From: Nemertoderma westbladi | Lineage: Eukaryota > Animalia > Xenacoelomorpha | Length of the DNA stretch: 64,000 nt | Direction: 5' to 3' | NCBI GenBank assembly: GCA_032718475.1 | Contig: JAUCBJ010000697.1 | Location: forward strand, 45,723-109,722 | In this document: positions 60,301 through 64,000 of the stretch, one piece after another | Layout of the letters: each line of letters begins with the position of its first letter | Numbering within the stretch: position 1 is the stretch's first letter | Notes under the pieces: model-generated | The model's input: the letters and a program-made list of their open reading frames with translations, nothing else | What the model was told of the DNA's origin: nothing | Databases searched by the model: none | Position numbers and translations under genes: made by a program

Positions 60301-60498
60301 GTCGACCGACTCAAACCGGCCCATCTCGATTTTACCGAGCCGGTCGTTATCGGCCAACCGCGGCGCCGAGGTCGACCCCCGAACGCACCTCCGGTACCTC
60401 CTACACCGCCGGTACTAGCGCAAAGACCACCAACCCCAGCCCAACCGCCCGTACAAACTCGATCGGGCCGGACGGTCCGTCCACCTGAATATCTCTAA
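57349..60498 (+). CDS. pol: Gypsy pol (protease, RT, RNase H, integrase), -1 frame relative to gag
   Basis: FLVDTGA, YLDD, TVDAS, TDHKPL, HHCC, DLVGP/SDRG/VERFH, GPY. Confidence 0.95.
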   Translation, partial: GKRPGRPFVAATTAGHTDLLLFAWDRVSAQRFLVDTGAEVSVIPATTREERSGQSGPPLLAANKTYIRTYGHRSVKLDFHSRRFQWKFIAADVAQPLLGADFLRANNMLVDLRGRRLVDAETLTSIPCGRTTGHAPHLGSVTASDDEFARLLAEFPDITIPRFSDPTAKHGVEHYIPTEGPPVYSRARRLPPDKLEIARDEFRTMEEMGIIRRSNSPWASPLHMAPKPSGGWRPCGDYRRLNDATIPDRYPIPHIQDFSSRLAGAKIFSKIDLVRGYHQIPVTEADIAKTAVITPFGLFEFLRMPFGLKNAAQAFQRLMDTVCQGLDFLFVYLDDVLVASRSPKEHRDHLRQLFARLQEHGLVINLAKCEFGRSTIDFLGHRISAHGAYPLPDKVAAIREFTQPTTVKGLQEFVGMVNFYHRFVPAAAAIMRPLYAALAGKPKSLDWTPDMAAAFRNAKEALANATMLAHPNANAPTALTVDASGTAVGAVLEQLVGDSWRPLAFFSRQLRPPEVKYSAFDRELLALYLAVRHFRYYLEGRVFTAYTDHKPLTFAFAKISDPWSNRQQRHIAYISEFTTAIEHVAGKDNCVADALSRTTVSAVRTLLPGLDYTAMAAAQLADPELPTYRSAVSGLQLEDVPLAPANATLLCDVSLGHPRPVVPVAWRRRVFDALHGLSHPGARTTKKLVADRFVWHGLRKEVGEWAKTCIPCQSSKVQRHVRAPLGTFATPHRRFDHIHVDLVGPLPPSRGFTHLLTMVDRFTRWPEAVPLTETSTESCARALISIWISRFGVPADLSSDRGSQFTSQLWSAVNQLLGTQLHRTTAYHPQANGLVERFHRHLKSALRASLTGPDWVDELPWVLLGIRTAPKDDLGTSSAELVYGAPLTVPGEFLPPATGAQHSPSTILPQLRDTVGRFAPVPTSRHGLTPSSVPPDLHDATYVFVRRDAHRTPFERPYEGPYKVLTPGPKTFKIEMGGRTETISVDRLKPAHLDFTEPVVIGQPRRRGRPPNAPPVPPTPPVLAQRPPTPAQPPVQTRSGRTVRPPEYL

Positions 60499-60523
60499 TA
60501 CGTTTCGAGACTGGGGGGGGTCA

Positions 60524-60713
60524 TGTGGCAGCCCCACTGACATACATATTATACAGTCCCAAAACGTTGTTATTACGGTTGCCTAGCAACCCTAGAGAGG
60601 AACTCTTAGGCCCACCTACAGAACTGTACGACAGTACTGCAGTATGCCATCAGCGATCGCTCGAACTTGAGTCTACATACGTTTTCATTTCGTGGCTAGA
60701 CGCCATCTCCACA
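60524..60713 (+). repeat. Gypsy 3' LTR
   Basis: Copy of 56377-56566, with PPT at 60513-60520. Confidence 0.96.
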
Positions 60714-63512
60714 GTACTCACTTTTACGGAAACATTTTTATCCACAGACACTCCCACTGACTTATTGAAAATTAATGGTTATGATGGTCCGTTTTATGAT
60801 TGCCGGGTTCTACCAAATACAGTGAAAATTAGTAAGAAAAAACTTAAAAGAGGCGGCACTGCAATTTATTTCAAAGAATCTATTAATTTTGATATGAAAC
60901 CTGAACTGAGGATCGAGGGTTTTGAAAACTCATGGGTTCAACTACATCGACCAAACAAGAGGCCGCTGGTAATAGGCACAATCTATCGTCCAAATTCTGT
61001 TGAGCTACCATATTTCCTTACAAAACTTGAAAAAACAATTACAGATCTAAATAAATCAAATTGTGATATAATTTTAACGGGGGATTTTAATGTAGATTTA
61101 TTAAAAACAACAAAACAGTCCAAAGAATATATCGATATAATGAATTCAATCGGCCTCGTGCAACTTATTAGCCAACCAACACGTGTCACACCATGGAGTA
61201 GAACCAATATTGACCACATATTTACAAATATAACTTCTTCGGTTTCTCAATCCGGTACATTTTTTACTAAAGTTGGCACATCAGACCATCAGCCTACGTT
61301 CATCACTCTCCAAAATTATCACAACTATTTTAAAACTACCAAAACGACCACTTTTTTTGATTATTCAAAATTCAATTGTAATAATTTTCTGCGTGACCTA
61401 AACTGCCTTGATACATGGACGTATACTGATCCATCCATTCCAAATAACTGTAAATTAGACCAATTTTATACTGATTTGGAGAAGGTCTGTCTTAAACATG
61501 CTGCCCCGAAAACACTTAAGCCCAAAGAAATTCCAACGAAACCTTGGATGACTCCTAATTTAGTTAAAAGAACCATAATTAAGAATGACCTTTACCGCGC
61601 TTTCATAAAAAATCCCACAGTAGTAAACGAACTAGCTTTTAAAAGGTACCGAAATATTTTAACCTCTGTTCTTCGGGAGGCTGAGAAAAACTATTATAAA
61701 ACCCAGTTTGAAAAATGTTCCAATAATAATCGCAAAACTTGGCGTATAATAAACTCAGCCCTAAACAAAAGTGGGAAATCGGCCGCTCCAAAAAAACTGA
61801 CTGTGATAACAGGCGATGTGATCGAAACCCTAACTGACCCGAAACAAATTTCCCAGGCATTCAATAATCACTTTTCCACTGTTGGTTCAAATTTGTCCCA
61901 GCAAATACCCAAATCTAATCGGTCTCCCTTACGGCATATCTCACATAATGGCCCACAATCTTTTGTACTAACAGAAACATCGCCAGTTGAAATTCAATAT
62001 CACTTACTACATATCAAAACGTCATCTTCCTCTAACGATATATTTTCAACCAAACTACTCTCTCTAGGCGCTCTTCCCTTATCCCATCATTTAAGTTATT
62101 TGATAAATTTGTCTATTTCCTGCGGCTTCTTCCCGAAATCCTTAAAGCGGGCGAAAGTTGTACCAGTGTTTAAGGCCGGTGACCCCACTGATAAGAACAA
62201 TTATCGACCAATATCCTTATTACCTATTATTAGTAAACTTTTTGAAATTATTATTAACAACCAACTTCAATCATATATAGCTAAGTTTAAAATTATTACT
62301 CAATCGCAATTTGGATTTCGTCCTAAAACTACAACGACTCATGCTCTCCTATCCATGCTTGAAAAAATATATCAAACGCTAGAAGATAAGTTGTATTCCT
62401 GTGCTATTTATATTGACCTTAAAAAAGCGTACGATACGTTGGATCACTCTATCTTACTAAAAAAATTACAAGCATACGGTATTCGAGGGATTCCGCATAT
62501 GTTATTAACTGATTACCTTACTGACCGTGTTCAAGTAACTGTAGTCGATAATTGTCTGTCATCTGTGATGCCACTTGTCTGTGGGGTCCCTCAGGGCGCC
62601 ACTTTATCTTGTCTGTTATTCCTCCTCTACATCAACGACCTCCCAAATGCCTCCTCTCTCTTTACCACCTTATTCGCCGATGACACTACTCTCTTTTCCC
62701 AAAATCAATCGATACAAAATCTTATTAAAAATACAAATATTGAATTAATTAAAATTAGTAATTGGCTTATAGATAACTCGCTTTCACTTAATGTTAAAAA
62801 AACCGAGCATACTTTTTTCAGTAATCGAAACAGTAATAACATTAACAGTTCGCTAACAATAAATGGCATAAATATTAAACAAACAAACGCGGCAAAGTTT
62901 CTTGGAATCTGGTTGGACTCAAAATTATCCTGGAAAATACATATTGAATATTTAATTAAAAAAATATCACGTACGGCAGGTATCTTTTACAAACTTAGGC
63001 ATATTTTTCCCTCACTGATAATCAAGCGTCTATATTACTCCCTTGTACATCCTTATCTGCTCTATGGCCTTATCTTGTGGGGGAAGTCGAAAACTAGCTA
63101 TATTAAACCACTCCGTATAAAAATTAATAAAATTATCCGATGTATTACATTCAGCCACTTCCAAGCCTCTTCAAACCCAATATATAAATCGCTTCAAATC
63201 CTGCCATTAAATCTTTTATACACCCATCAAGTCGGCCTACTAATGTTCGATACTCAAAATAACTTATTACCATTATCTGCCACACAGTTTTCTAACTTGT
63301 TTAAAAAAATATCTACAGTACATTCTTATAATACTCGTTCATCGGCAAATCAAAACCTTTACACCCCTTTCGTTCGCTTACTAACTTCCAGACAATCCAT
63401 GAATTTCCAAGGTCCTCAGGTCTGGAACTCTATTCCTTTAACAATCCGACAAATAAAATCAAAGCCTCTATTTTCCAAAAAATTTCGGGAATTCTTATTT
63501 TCTACTATATAA
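60714..63512 (+). pseudogene. LINE ORF2 (APE + RT), open but 5'-truncated and Gypsy-interrupted
   Basis: TET, GDFN, SDH, PQGATL, FADD, HSYNTRS. Confidence 0.92.
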
Positions 63513-64000
63513 TAATAACTATTATTATTCAGTGATGCCTGTTAATCTATATTTAAGTTACCCCCTCCGATCGCTCGATCAGTCATAATTTCAAATTAAA
63601 AATATTAGTTGCTAAACCGTCAAACATTCAAAAATAATATACTAGATTAGGCCATCCTCTTCTTGTCTCTTTATTCATTTCGTATTTTCTTTTACTAACC
63701 ACAGCAATTAATTTAACTGTGTGTTTCCTATTTTTTACTATTCCGCTGGAGTTTCTGACAAATATATATATATTTTTTTTCCATTCAAATTTTAACATTG
63801 AAACATAATTTCCTGGAATACCTTAATCATAATACTATAAATACTTACATTCATTACTATTTATATATGTTGCAGTTTGAGTCACGCACTAGCTATGCTA
63901 TGTGCCTTAAACTGTAGATATACTGAGCTACATAAATATTAGTTTATTTGTGCAGTAGGCCCATACACCATTATATTCTGTAATGTCTGTTATGTAAATT

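Larger units (their letters stand above)
56377..60713 (+). mobile_element. Intact Ty3/Gypsy LTR retrotransposon, CsRn1-like
   Basis: 190-bp LTRs (one mismatch seen), TSD GTAC, PBS TGGTGACCC, G8 PPT, CHCC gag knuckle, PR-RT-RH-IN order. Confidence 0.96.
56301..64000 (+). mobile_element. 5'-truncated CR1/L2-group LINE (related to 20044-25154), interrupted by Gypsy
   Basis: 56301-56376 encodes NCRSLPKNFSAITDFLFSLNHTFEV, which continues in frame after the Gypsy as LTFTETF. The 3' end runs off the window. Confidence 0.9.

Noticed and set aside
60525-63512. 995-aa chimeric LTR-LINE protein
   Set aside because: The first 63 codons are Gypsy LTR with a GTG start. The true LINE frame continues from 56301-56376.

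Overview
This window is eukaryotic (metazoan invertebrate-like) DNA made almost entirely of nested transposable elements and satellites. No host gene, rRNA, tRNA or CRISPR array is supportable. Contents: (i) two tandem copies of a BEL/Pao LTR retrotransposon (family A, + strand, 1-13407) sharing one LTR, with an RTE LINE inserted in the first; (ii) three tandem-repeat arrays (39, 22 and 49 bp units); (iii) RTE, L2 and CR1/L2-group LINEs and fragments; (iv) a second BEL/Pao family (B, - strand), comprising a solo LTR, element B1 (30434-56300), and element B2 (38411-50932) nested in B1 with a CTAAC TSD and near-identical LTRs; (v) a young intact CsRn1-like Gypsy element inside a LINE inside the B1 5' LTR. 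Every BEL copy whose pol can be followed (A copy 1, B1, B2) lacks RT and the integrase core. The main candidates for undescribed biology are three. (1) The B elements have no tRNA primer-binding site. The 12-13 nt abutting the 5' LTR are instead perfectly complementary to a site about 730 nt inside their own LTR, with compensatory changes between B1 and B2, suggesting Tf1-like self-priming in BEL/Pao. (2) Both families carry a homologous non-env accessory ORF with zinc knuckles, fused in family A to a WRN/EXD-type 3'-5' exonuclease-like domain. (3) Family A carries an array of K-turn-like UUCG hairpins, plus sarcin-ricin-like hairpins that are repeated in its LTR and inside its two coding regions. 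All alignments and folds were done by eye.
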